Position numbers and translations under genes: made by a program. A stretch of DNA of 64,000 bases. It comes from a virus. The first letter of the stretch is position 1. Each line of letters opens with the position of its first letter. The stretch spans positions 32,001 through 96,000 of the IMG/VR virus record IMGVR_UViG_3300010883_000003. One strand, 5' to 3'. Of this stretch, positions 37,717 through 46,585 are shown in pieces. The notes beneath the pieces are model-generated. The model ran no database searches. It worked only from the letters and a program-made list of their open reading frames with translations, and had not been told where the DNA came from.

Positions 37717-40227
37717 GTGTCAAAAACATACACATACCAAGAGGCTTATGACAAATGCCTGGAATACTTTAATGGCGATGAGTTAGCTGCAAATGTTATC
37801 GTAACGAAGTATTTATTAACAGATAATGATGGAAGTTTTTTAGAGCTTTCACCAGATGATATGCATCAAAGAATCGCTTCCGAACTTTCAAGGATTGAGT
37901 CTAATTATTCTAATCCTATGACAGAGGAAGAGATCTACAATTTGTTAAAAGACTTCAGGTATGTAGTTCCTCAAGGGTCACCAATGTCTGGTATCGGAAA
38001 TAATACTAGACTTCAGTCACTATCAAACTGTTTTGTTCTTCCCTCTCCAGAAGACAGCTACGGAGGAATTCTTAAAACTGATCAAGAGTTAGTACAGATC
38101 GCGAAGCGTCGCGGTGGTGTTGGTTTTGATCTTAGTACCATACGTCCAAAAGGTTTGTTAACGGCCAACGCAGCTCGAACTACAGATGGTATAGAAGTGT
38201 TCATGGACAGGTTTAGCAATTCATGCCGTGAGGTCGCCCAAGGAGGCCGCCGCGGCGCATTGATGTTAACAATATCCGTTCATCATCCACAAATTCGTGA
38301 CTTTATAAAAATCAAGCAAAATTTGTCACGAGTTACCGGTGCCAATATCTCTATTCGCATTTCTGATGAGTTTATGCATGCCGTAGAGTCTTCTGGACAA
38401 GTTGAACTTCGCTGGCCAGTCGATTCACCTTCTCCTAAAATATCTCTAATGGATAGTGCTACAGAAATTTGGGATGAGATTGTCGAGGGCGCCCACGCTG
38501 CTGCAGAGCCAGGTGTATTGTTTTGGGACACTGCAAAAAAAATGACGCCGTCTGATGCGTACGATGATGTAGGATTCGGTTCAGTCAGTACCAACCCTTG
38601 CGGAGAGATCATATTATCTCCATATGACTCCTGCCGGTTGATGTTAATGAATTTAACGTCTTTCGTTGAAGAACCATGGACAGATTCAGCAAAGTTTGAT
38701 TATGGCGAGTTTGGTAAAAAAGTCCGACAAGCGCAGCGCCTGATGGATGATATGATTGATCTTGAGATCGAGCAAATAGATAAGATATTAGAAAAAATTG
38801 ATAATGATCCTGAGTCCGATGAAGTAAAATATCACGAAAGAGAATTGTGGTGGAATGTTAGACAAGCAGCCCTTAACGGTCGCAGGACAGGTTTGGGGAT
38901 AACAGGATTAGGCGATATGCTGGCGATGCTAAGCATCACATACGGCTCTGATAGCGCCATTTCGACTACAGAAGAAGTATATAAGTGGCTAGCCGTAAAT
39001 TCCTATGAGTCATCGATCGTGCTCGCTAAAGAGCGCGGCGCGTTCCCCATATGGGACTATAAGAAAGAGTCTGATCACCCATTTATATCTAATATAATAA
39101 GCGAGCTGCTACCTCACCGTGTAAAAGATTATAAGGAGTACGGCCGCCGAAATATTGCTAATACAACGACTGCGCCTGCGGGCTCTGTATCTGTTCTGAC
39201 ACAAACTACATCTGGTATAGAGCCAGCGTTCATGCTACATTACACTCGTCGCAAAAAGTTAACAGGTCAAGATGAGAGTGCAAGAGTTGACTTTACGGAC
39301 GCTAGCGGAGATAAGTGGCAAGAATATACTGTCTATCACCACGGCTTTAAGCAGTGGTTAGATAATTGGGATGATGAAGCTACGGGTGATCTGGATAATG
39401 CAATTGCCCATAGTCCTTATCATGGCGCGACAGCTAATGAGATAAACTGGGTGAATAAAGTTGGAATGCAGGCAGCTGCCCAAAGATGGGTATGCCATGC
39501 AATATCAAACACAACAAATCTTCCATCAGATATTGGTGTTGATACTGTAAAAAATGTATATATGAAAGCGTGGACGCTTGGGTGCAAAGGTGTAACTGTT
39601 TACAGGGACGGTTCTAGAACCGGAGTTTTAGTTTCGTCAACAGAAGAAAAGAAAAATAGCAGGGACTCCACCGAAATAAGTACCAATGTAGCCCCTAAGA
39701 GACCTGATGAGCTGTCATGTGATATTCATCAAGCAAATATTAAGGGTGAGGCCTGGACGATACTTGTGGGCCTTCTAGAAGGTAGACCCTATGAGGTAAT
39801 AGGCGGATTATCTGAGTATGTAGAGATCCCAAGAAGATACCAGGCTGGAATGATCAGGAAAAGAACAAGAAAATCTGTTCTTTCAAAATATGATCTAGTC
39901 GTTGGTACTAACGGTGACGAGTTCGTAATAAAAGATGTTGTGAAAGTTTTTGATAATCCAAACTACTCTGCATTTACTAGAACTATATCTCTCGCGCTAC
40001 GGCACGGAGTACCTGTACAATACATGGTTGAGCAGTTACAGAAAGATAAGGACGCCGACCTGTTTAGCTTTTCGAAAGTAATTGCTAGATGTTTAAAGAA
40101 GTATATCACTGACGGAACAAAAGTCAGCAATGGTGTATTTGATCTTGGCTGTTGTGACAGCCCAAATGTAGTATATCAAGAAGGTTGTGCTACATGTATA
40201 AATTGTGGCATAGCAAAATGTGGATAG
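37717..40227 (+). CDS. nrdJ: class II (B12-dependent) ribonucleotide reductase
   Basis: SLSNCF, RGGVG, GGRRGALM, ANISI, EPG, TNPCGE, RRTGLG, TTAPAGSVS, SGIEP, KGVTVYRDGSR; C-terminal TSCPD-like and Cys-rich tail; no beta subunit in the window. Confidence 0.88.
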   Translation: MSKTYTYQEAYDKCLEYFNGDELAANVIVTKYLLTDNDGSFLELSPDDMHQRIASELSRIESNYSNPMTEEEIYNLLKDFRYVVPQGSPMSGIGNNTRLQSLSNCFVLPSPEDSYGGILKTDQELVQIAKRRGGVGFDLSTIRPKGLLTANAARTTDGIEVFMDRFSNSCREVAQGGRRGALMLTISVHHPQIRDFIKIKQNLSRVTGANISIRISDEFMHAVESSGQVELRWPVDSPSPKISLMDSATEIWDEIVEGAHAAAEPGVLFWDTAKKMTPSDAYDDVGFGSVSTNPCGEIILSPYDSCRLMLMNLTSFVEEPWTDSAKFDYGEFGKKVRQAQRLMDDMIDLEIEQIDKILEKIDNDPESDEVKYHERELWWNVRQAALNGRRTGLGITGLGDMLAMLSITYGSDSAISTTEEVYKWLAVNSYESSIVLAKERGAFPIWDYKKESDHPFISNIISELLPHRVKDYKEYGRRNIANTTTAPAGSVSVLTQTTSGIEPAFMLHYTRRKKLTGQDESARVDFTDASGDKWQEYTVYHHGFKQWLDNWDDEATGDLDNAIAHSPYHGATANEINWVNKVGMQAAAQRWVCHAISNTTNLPSDIGVDTVKNVYMKAWTLGCKGVTVYRDGSRTGVLVSSTEEKKNSRDSTEISTNVAPKRPDELSCDIHQANIKGEAWTILVGLLEGRPYEVIGGLSEYVEIPRRYQAGMIRKRTRKSVLSKYDLVVGTNGDEFVIKDVVKVFDNPNYSAFTRTISLALRHGVPVQYMVEQLQKDKDADLFSFSKVIARCLKKYITDGTKVSNGVFDLGCCDSPNVVYQEGCATCINCGIAKCG

Positions 40228-40279
40228 TAATAGTTGCCCAATAGGTAATTTTTTAAGTTTCAGTTTTTAGGAGTGTTTA

Positions 40280-40882
40280 ATGCGCTGGACAACAAAGATC
40301 GATTCAAAGATCAAAGAAATAGAGTTAAGAAAACAACCTGTTATAATTCGGGTCAACAAGTTCGACGAAGAGTCTGCCAGCAAGTTCGCTATGGAAGTAG
40401 CGGCTGCTCATAATACAGGCCAGAAAGTCATACCTGTTGTAATCGATTCATACGGAGGTCAAGTTTATGGCTTGATGAGTATGATAAGTGCGATCAAGCA
40501 CGCAGAGCTACCGGTTGCCACCATAGTGGAAGGAAAAGCAATGTCATGTGGCGCGATTCTTTTTTCATGTGGTACTGAGGGTTACAGGTTTATGGACCCT
40601 GATGCTACACTTATGATTCATGATGTTTCATCAATGGATATGGGTAAAGTAGAAGAATTAAAGGCTGGCGCAAAAGAAGCTGACAGGCTGAATGAAAAAG
40701 TCTATAAGATGATGGCCCAAAACTGCGGAAAGAAAGATGACTATTTTCTTAAGATCGTGGACAAAAAGAAGCATGCAGACTGGTTTCTGGACGCGAATGA
40801 AACAAAGAAGCACGGACTAGCAAACCACTTACGAGTTCCAAAGCTTCATATTGATGTTACTGTAAACATAGATTTTGAGTAG
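40280..40882 (+). CDS. clpP: ClpP-family serine protease
   Basis: IDSYGG, GKAMSCGA (catalytic Ser), LMIHD (His), WFLDA.E...GL. Confidence 0.88.
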   Translation: MRWTTKIDSKIKEIELRKQPVIIRVNKFDEESASKFAMEVAAAHNTGQKVIPVVIDSYGGQVYGLMSMISAIKHAELPVATIVEGKAMSCGAILFSCGTEGYRFMDPDATLMIHDVSSMDMGKVEELKAGAKEADRLNEKVYKMMAQNCGKKDDYFLKIVDKKKHADWFLDANETKKHGLANHLRVPKLHIDVTVNIDFE

Positions 40883-40885
40883 AGA

Positions 40886-41143
40886 GTGAGTATGGATAGC
40901 GCTAGCAGAAGGGTCCTTCTTGAAGTATTGGCAGATCTTGAACACCGTCAATGGGCTCACTGGACTAGATATATGCTCGATAACTATACTCCGGAAAATG
41001 TCGAAAGGTGGCGAAAGCAAGTCCTGACTGAATATGAGGACTTGTCCGAAAGAGAGAAAGACAGTGACAGAACCTGGGCTTCTACGGTCTTATTTCATAT
41101 AGACGAGTACGAACGAGAAAAAGAGAGAAAAAAAGATGGATAA
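40886..41143 (+). CDS. small RyR-repeat-like protein
   Basis: LADLEHRQW...YEDLSEREKDSDR pattern; the true start may be ATG 40892. Confidence 0.55.
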   Translation: MSMDSASRRVLLEVLADLEHRQWAHWTRYMLDNYTPENVERWRKQVLTEYEDLSEREKDSDRTWASTVLFHIDEYEREKERKKDG

Positions 41144-42053
41144 AGTTTTTTATAATAAGAGTTCTGCTGACTCCCTAGGATGGGAGCCTTCTTGGTTCGG
41201 TGCTGTTGACCACGATGATGATCTAGTAAAAGCAATCAGAAAGTGGCAAAAGAAAAATGATCTAACCGCGGACGGTCTATGTGGTCCTTCAACATATAGA
41301 AGGATATGGACCGAACGAGAAGACGAGATATCTGATCATAAGCCAAGTTACCGCTCTTGCTCTGCTAGCGATAAGTTTATAGTTCATAATGGCAAATTTC
41401 TTCCGATTGAGTGGGATGATGTCATACTATGGGATGATCCTAACGGGTTCGTTTGTAAAGATGGAACGTACACTAGCTACGCAGGCAAGCCTGATAGAAA
41501 GCCACACTTCTTTGTCAATCATTGGGATGTTTGTTTATCCACAGAGTCTATGTCTAGAGTAATCAATAACCGCGGAATATCAATTCACTTCGGTATAGAT
41601 AACGACGGAACGATATACCAACTATTAGATACGCAACACGCTGCATGGCAAGCTGGTGGTCGTAAATGGAATCATGATAGTATTGGTGTTGAGATAGCAA
41701 ATGCCTTTTATCCGAAGTACCAAAGCTGGTATGTTAAGAACGGTTTTGGCGAGCGACCTTTGAATAAGAAGGGAGATGTCAAAGTCCACGGCAGCAGCCT
41801 AAAAGAGCACTTAGGTTTTTATGACATCCAGCTTGAGGCGCTAAAGGCTCTTTGGTCTGCTATCCATAGTGGTATTGGTATTCCGCTTGAATGCCCAACA
41901 GACTCATCTGGAAAGCTAGTGCAGGGTGTTGATAAAGACTGCGCGGCTTCAAAATTCGAGGGTTTTATAAACCACTTTAATTTAACAAGAAAAAAAATTG
42001 ATTGCGCCGGTCTAGATATAGCCGGTCTTTTAAAAGAATGTAAGGAAGACTAG
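41136..42053 (+). CDS. endolysin: peptidoglycan-binding domain plus Amidase_2
   Basis: AIRKWQKKNDLTADGLCGPST; VNHWD, SIHFGIDNDGTIYQ, AWQAG, SIGVE, INH...KIDC. Confidence 0.85.
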   Translation: MDKVFYNKSSADSLGWEPSWFGAVDHDDDLVKAIRKWQKKNDLTADGLCGPSTYRRIWTEREDEISDHKPSYRSCSASDKFIVHNGKFLPIEWDDVILWDDPNGFVCKDGTYTSYAGKPDRKPHFFVNHWDVCLSTESMSRVINNRGISIHFGIDNDGTIYQLLDTQHAAWQAGGRKWNHDSIGVEIANAFYPKYQSWYVKNGFGERPLNKKGDVKVHGSSLKEHLGFYDIQLEALKALWSAIHSGIGIPLECPTDSSGKLVQGVDKDCAASKFEGFINHFNLTRKKIDCAGLDIAGLLKECKED

Positions 42054-43061
42054 ATGATTCACGTTGATTATATATGGGTAGATGGTTTAGAGGCCCCGCT
42101 TATTCGCTCAAAGACCAAGATTGTAAACCCAATTGTTGGCACCGACGGCGAGTTCGAAATATCTGTTCCTGAGTGGAACTTTGATGGCTCTTCAACAAGT
42201 CAAGCAACAACAACTGATTCCGAAAGAGTGATCCAGCCTCAAAGAGTTTATAAGCTATCTGATAAGCACTACATCGCGTTATGTGAGGTATGTTTACCTG
42301 ACAAAAACAGGACCCCTCACAGCTCAAACCATCGCGCCGTTCTCAGAAAAAGATTGTCTGATGGAGCGTCTAGCAAGAAGTTGTGGCTCGGTTTTGAGCA
42401 AGAGTTTTTTGTTACGATAGACGGTAAGAATGTTTTGTGGCCAAAAGAAGGACTACCAATCGATGACAGTCGCTATTATTGCTCATCAGGTTCTCCAATA
42501 AAGTTTAGGAGACTGATTAGGGAACACGCGTCCCTTTGTACTTCTATAGGTATAAATATCGTAGGATATAACACAGAGGTAAGTCCTGGACAATGGGAAT
42601 ATCAGCTGTTTAACGAAGATCCCTTAAAAGCAGCTGATGATATGTGGGTTAGCAGATACCTTCTACAACTATCCGCCGAAACATATGATGCTGGTATTGA
42701 TTGGCATCCTAAACCTCATGACGGATGGAACGGCTCCGGATGCCACACTAATTTTTCCACTGAAAAAATGCGAGATGTAGGCGGCCAAACATTATTCGAA
42801 TCAATAATGTCTAATGCTAAAGAAGCACATTCTTCGCATATGCTACTTTACGGTGATCTTAATGATAGAAGAATGACAGGAATTCATGAAACGTCTAGTT
42901 TCGGAAATTTCACGTCTGGGGTTGGCGACCGCTCGGCATCGATTAGGATACCTACCGGAACGACAGAAAATAACTGGTCAGGTTACGCTGAAGACCGCCG
43001 CCCTGGTTCAAATTGTGATCCGTATCGCGTCGCTTGTTGCGTTTTAGAGTACGCGGAGTAA
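42054..43061 (+). CDS. glutamine synthetase, GSII-like
   Basis: YIWVDG..RSKT, WNFDGSST.QA, GFEQEF, NTEV.PGQWEYQ, HPKP..GWNGSGCHTNFST, R.TG.HET, DRSASIRIP, EDRRPGSNCDPY. Confidence 0.92.
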   Translation: MIHVDYIWVDGLEAPLIRSKTKIVNPIVGTDGEFEISVPEWNFDGSSTSQATTTDSERVIQPQRVYKLSDKHYIALCEVCLPDKNRTPHSSNHRAVLRKRLSDGASSKKLWLGFEQEFFVTIDGKNVLWPKEGLPIDDSRYYCSSGSPIKFRRLIREHASLCTSIGINIVGYNTEVSPGQWEYQLFNEDPLKAADDMWVSRYLLQLSAETYDAGIDWHPKPHDGWNGSGCHTNFSTEKMRDVGGQTLFESIMSNAKEAHSSHMLLYGDLNDRRMTGIHETSSFGNFTSGVGDRSASIRIPTGTTENNWSGYAEDRRPGSNCDPYRVACCVLEYAE

Positions 43062-43065
43062 AAAA

Positions 43066-43497
43066 ATGTCTGAGCTTATAGCGACCCATATGTGCAAAGA
43101 GTCGAATGTGGGTTATCACGGTAACTTATTCGGCGGAACAATGTTAGCTTGGCTTGACGAAGCAGGAGCAGTTTTTACTGCGCAGGTATGTGGAACACCT
43201 CGAGTGGTCACAAAATGTATTTCTGAAGTTATTTTTAAGAAACCTGTTCGTCCAGGCCAGATCATAAAGATCTATGGCGATGTCGTTAAGATTGGTACAT
43301 CATCTATAACAATCAAATTATCTGCTCGTCGACACAGCGTCGTGAACGGATCTCAACGTGCCGTATGTGACGTCGAGATGACGTTTGTTAGAATAGATGG
43401 CGATGGTGAGCCTGTACCAATCCAGAATGTAAAGCAAAAATACGCCGATAGAAGAATAAAGAAAGAAGAAGATGTGCGTAAAGATATGGAGTATTAA
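43066..43497 (+). CDS. hotdog-fold acyl-CoA thioesterase
   Basis: HGNLFGGTMLAWLDEAG, F.KPV.PG, G.SSI, TFVRID. Confidence 0.88.
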   Translation: MSELIATHMCKESNVGYHGNLFGGTMLAWLDEAGAVFTAQVCGTPRVVTKCISEVIFKKPVRPGQIIKIYGDVVKIGTSSITIKLSARRHSVVNGSQRAVCDVEMTFVRIDGDGEPVPIQNVKQKYADRRIKKEEDVRKDMEY

Positions 43498-44193
43498 GTG
43501 AAAAAAGTAGAGCTTTATGAAGATGGTATTGGCGCAGTTGAGTATGTTGAGCATATGGGCTCTGATTTAACCATAGTCAATAGCGCCCGCGTTTCTTTTG
43601 GGAAGCATAAAGAAACGTTAGATGAGAAAGACGAAAAGCTTATCAAGTATCTTGTTAATCATAAGCACACTAGCACTTTCGAACATAACGTCGTAACTTT
43701 TCGCTTTGTAGTTCCGCTCTTTATAAGGAGCCAACATCACAGACATCGTACTTGGAGCTATAACGAGATTAGTAGAAGATACACTGACTTTGATTTAAGA
43801 TTTTACGAACCCAAAGAGTTTAGAACTCAACACAAGAGTAATCGACAAGCTTCCAATCTTTCAGATTTAATAAATCCAGATATGTCTATGGGCACTGAAG
43901 CAAACTTTTCTGCATCATACATGGTTGAAAGTCACCACAAACAATCGCTACACATCTATAATAGACTCATCGAAGAAGGAGTCTGCAGAGAGCAAGCTAG
44001 GGGAGTTCTTCCACAAAATCTCTATACAGAGTATTACGGTACTTGCAATCTTTCAAATCTTTTAAAATTTATTGAGCTACGTACGCATACAGGAGCTCAG
44101 TGGGAAATACAACAGGTAGCGAACGCCTGCATGGACATAGCTGAATCACTCTGGCCGACAGCTGTAGGCACCTATAGAAAATCGAGAAAATGA
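43498..44193 (+). CDS. thyX: flavin-dependent thymidylate synthase
   Basis: IVNSARVSF, HTSTFEH, RHRTWSYNEISRRY, REQARGVLP, LR...AQWEI; GTG start. Confidence 0.95.
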   Translation: MKKVELYEDGIGAVEYVEHMGSDLTIVNSARVSFGKHKETLDEKDEKLIKYLVNHKHTSTFEHNVVTFRFVVPLFIRSQHHRHRTWSYNEISRRYTDFDLRFYEPKEFRTQHKSNRQASNLSDLINPDMSMGTEANFSASYMVESHHKQSLHIYNRLIEEGVCREQARGVLPQNLYTEYYGTCNLSNLLKFIELRTHTGAQWEIQQVANACMDIAESLWPTAVGTYRKSRK

Positions 44194-44262
44194 CACAAGA
44201 ATAGTTGCGCTTTTATGCATATTTAAAGAATGTTACGTTACGTCATTTCTTGGAGTTACCTT

Positions 44263-44493
44263 ATGTCAAGCCTTGAGAAGCTAAGAGAGCTAAGAGACCA
44301 AATATGCCAAAAAAAGCCAGCAGGCCAGGTCACTAGCGGATGCAAAGAGCGCGTCTTAAGAGAGCTTGCTAGCCTTCATACAGATATGTGTATAGATGAA
44401 AGTGTCTCAATAGAATATACTGAGAAGATTTTTAAAATATTAAGCATCCTAAAAGACTCGAAGTCTAGTGATCTGGAGGTTACAAATGTCTGA
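44263..44493 (+). CDS. hypothetical protein
   Basis: GGAG SD before ATG 44263; ATATTTA upstream. Confidence 0.5.
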   Translation: MSSLEKLRELRDQICQKKPAGQVTSGCKERVLRELASLHTDMCIDESVSIEYTEKIFKILSILKDSKSSDLEVTNV

Positions 44494-44806
44494 GAACGGA
44501 TGGGCCGAATACTCCAGACTGGTATTAAAGGAGTTAGAAACTTTAGCGACTGGAATTGAAGCTTTACGCTCGGAACTACAAGACGTAAAGCAAGAGCTGG
44601 CAAAAATGCAAGTCCGTGAAGACAAAGTCGATGAGCTTAAAACGTGGAAAGAAAAAATTGATGAAGTTGCCTCACCTTCATAAATAAAAGAATTGGTGGA
44701 TGAAGTTCAAGAGCTCAAAGCTTTTCGAACTAAAGCAGTTACCGTCTTCACCGTTGTACAGTTCGGTATGGCTTTTTGGGCCTGGGCAACGAAATTTATG
44801 AATTAA
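44486..44806 (+). pseudogene. coiled-coil plus C-terminal TM protein interrupted by an in-frame TAA (44681-44683)
   Basis: GGAGGT SD and ATG 44486; after the TAA the frame stays open for 40 codons ending in a hydrophobic helix (AVTVFTVVQFGMAFWAWA) to TAA 44804-44806. Confidence 0.6.
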
Positions 44807-44881
44807 CGATTCATTTTATGTACAATTCATAAAGTATCCTTTATAATCAATCAATGATTATCTTTCTTTAGAGGAGAAAAA

Positions 44882-45115
44882 ATGAAAAATACAACGTTAA
44901 CAGACAACGCAATTTCCCACATCGCGCAACTAGTACAGGTTGCTATTCTAACAGGTACTGACATCGTAGATAACCTCCGTGCAGCTCAGTTTGTAGATAA
45001 GAATGGACAAATTGATATCTCACCTGACTATTACGAAAATTTTAACAGTAATATCCAAAAGATGCTATCCGACGCCGAAGAGCTTGCAGCAACACCGGCT
45101 GAAGAAGAGGCATAA
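44882..45115 (+). CDS. hypothetical protein
   Basis: 77 aa, GAGGAG SD. Confidence 0.75.
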   Translation: MKNTTLTDNAISHIAQLVQVAILTGTDIVDNLRAAQFVDKNGQIDISPDYYENFNSNIQKMLSDAEELAATPAEEEA

Positions 45116-45117
45116 AA

Positions 45118-45483
45118 ATGAAAGACCGTCTTGGTGAAATCTTTGCATTACGTGAAGAATTCATGCGTAGAATCAATAAGAGCATCCCTGGCGCGTATCC
45201 AGAAGAATGGCCAATTGATCTAACAGTTAAATCGAACCAAAAAGATGTTAGGGAACTCGCTTTTCGCGGGATCGAAGAGCTCTTTGAAGCGCTTCTTCAT
45301 CTTAAGAATTGGAAAGATCATCGCACCGGTACAGGTGAGTTTGACAGGGCTGAGTTCCTGGAAGAGATGATCGATGCCTACAAGTACTTTACAGCGATTT
45401 TAGTTCTTACTGGTGTTGATAGCGAAGAGTTTTTTAACGCTTACAAGAAGAAGCATGACGTAATCTGTTCAAGGCTTGAATAA
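45118..45483 (+). CDS. all-alpha NTP pyrophosphohydrolase (MazG/dimeric dUTPase/T4 gp56 dCTPase-like)
   Basis: EELFEAL..LKNWKDH and EEMIDAYKYF (ExxE...EExxD), EFFNAY.KK. Confidence 0.75.
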   Translation: MKDRLGEIFALREEFMRRINKSIPGAYPEEWPIDLTVKSNQKDVRELAFRGIEELFEALLHLKNWKDHRTGTGEFDRAEFLEEMIDAYKYFTAILVLTGVDSEEFFNAYKKKHDVICSRLE

Positions 45484-45516
45484 GACAACTATATTTTTTC
45501 TTCCATACTTAGATTT

Positions 45517-46266
45517 ATGAAGAAAAAGTCTCGCATCGCGACAAGAAAGGTTCGTTTTCTAGAAGCAGAATTACGAATGTTGCAAAAATATAGTATGCAA
45601 GTAGACGCTCTTTATAGTGAGTATTCTGTAGAATATACTAAAGATATGTCAACCCTGTTAGAGTCTGCCGCGAATATAGCACCGAGACCAGAAGATCCTG
45701 AGCGCCCAACCGATCAAGACAACCATGATGGGGAGACTATTAACATAGACCCAACTAAATCGTCACAAACTTGGCGTAAGACAGCTGATGGCTGGGTTCT
45801 TGAAGACTCTGAAGACTTGATTGATGAAGACGAATATCACGAGCCAGACAAGCAAGCTAGAGACGTTCCTCATTGGGCAAAAAAAATATACAAAAAAATT
45901 GCTTTAGCTTCGCATCCTGACCGAACGTCGAAAGATCTCCAGCACAAAAAACTAAAAGAAATCTTTCTACAGTCTGCAGCAGCAATGGATTCCGGCGACT
46001 TTTCAAAGCTTCTTGGTCTCGCTTTAGAGATAGACATTGATATAGCTAGTGACAACGACGTAGATATGTTGCCTCTTTTGTCAAGCAGAGTCTCCGCTTT
46101 AAAGCAAGAACTATCTGGGACTGAATCAACTCCCGAGTGGCTCTGGGGAGAAGGATTAGGAACACCTGAAATAAGGTTCCCGCTAGCCAACCTATTTCTT
46201 ACCAGTAAAGGCTATAACTTGAAAAGAGACGATATACTGGATATAATCCTCCAAATAGAGGAATAG
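45517..46266 (+). CDS. protein with J-domain-like segment
   Basis: KKIYKKIALASHPDR (HPD motif). Confidence 0.6.
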   Translation: MKKKSRIATRKVRFLEAELRMLQKYSMQVDALYSEYSVEYTKDMSTLLESAANIAPRPEDPERPTDQDNHDGETINIDPTKSSQTWRKTADGWVLEDSEDLIDEDEYHEPDKQARDVPHWAKKIYKKIALASHPDRTSKDLQHKKLKEIFLQSAAAMDSGDFSKLLGLALEIDIDIASDNDVDMLPLLSSRVSALKQELSGTESTPEWLWGEGLGTPEIRFPLANLFLTSKGYNLKRDDILDIILQIEE

Positions 46267-46269
46267 CAA

Positions 46270-46500
46270 ATGATATTAGGAAATCTAGTAATGTTTCAAG
46301 CCCCAGTCGATGCTTTTGATAATAAGGGTGAACCGTTTTACATCTATCCCGGGAACTCTGCATTAGTACTGGGATATAATGAATATGACATCACACTACT
46401 GGTTTGTGGAGAGGTTTTGTATACCTCAGTATCTAATGAACGAAACATTAAAAAACTCAGGACAACAAACGTGAATCTTGGGGTTCACAAAATTATTTAA
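46270..46500 (+). CDS. hypothetical protein
   Basis: 76 aa, GAGG SD. Confidence 0.55.
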   Translation: MILGNLVMFQAPVDAFDNKGEPFYIYPGNSALVLGYNEYDITLLVCGEVLYTSVSNERNIKKLRTTNVNLGVHKII

Positions 46501-46527
46501 GATTACACAAAAATCCTTACTAAATCG

Positions 46528-46556
46528 TTGAAAAAAGCTCTTGTTTATGGTATAAT
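46528..46556 (+). promoter_or_regulatory. sigma70-type promoter for dnaE
   Basis: TTGAAA 46528-46533, 17 nt, TATAAT 46551-46556 with TG extended -10. Confidence 0.75.
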
Positions 46557-46585
46557 AGTATTAATCACAACAGGAGCTTTCTCAT

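Noticed and set aside
44681-44683. Genome-wide stop-codon reassignment
   Set aside because: TAA, TAG and TGA all end clearly conserved genes (MCP TAA, sheaths TAG, tube TGA), and long genes are uninterrupted in the standard code.
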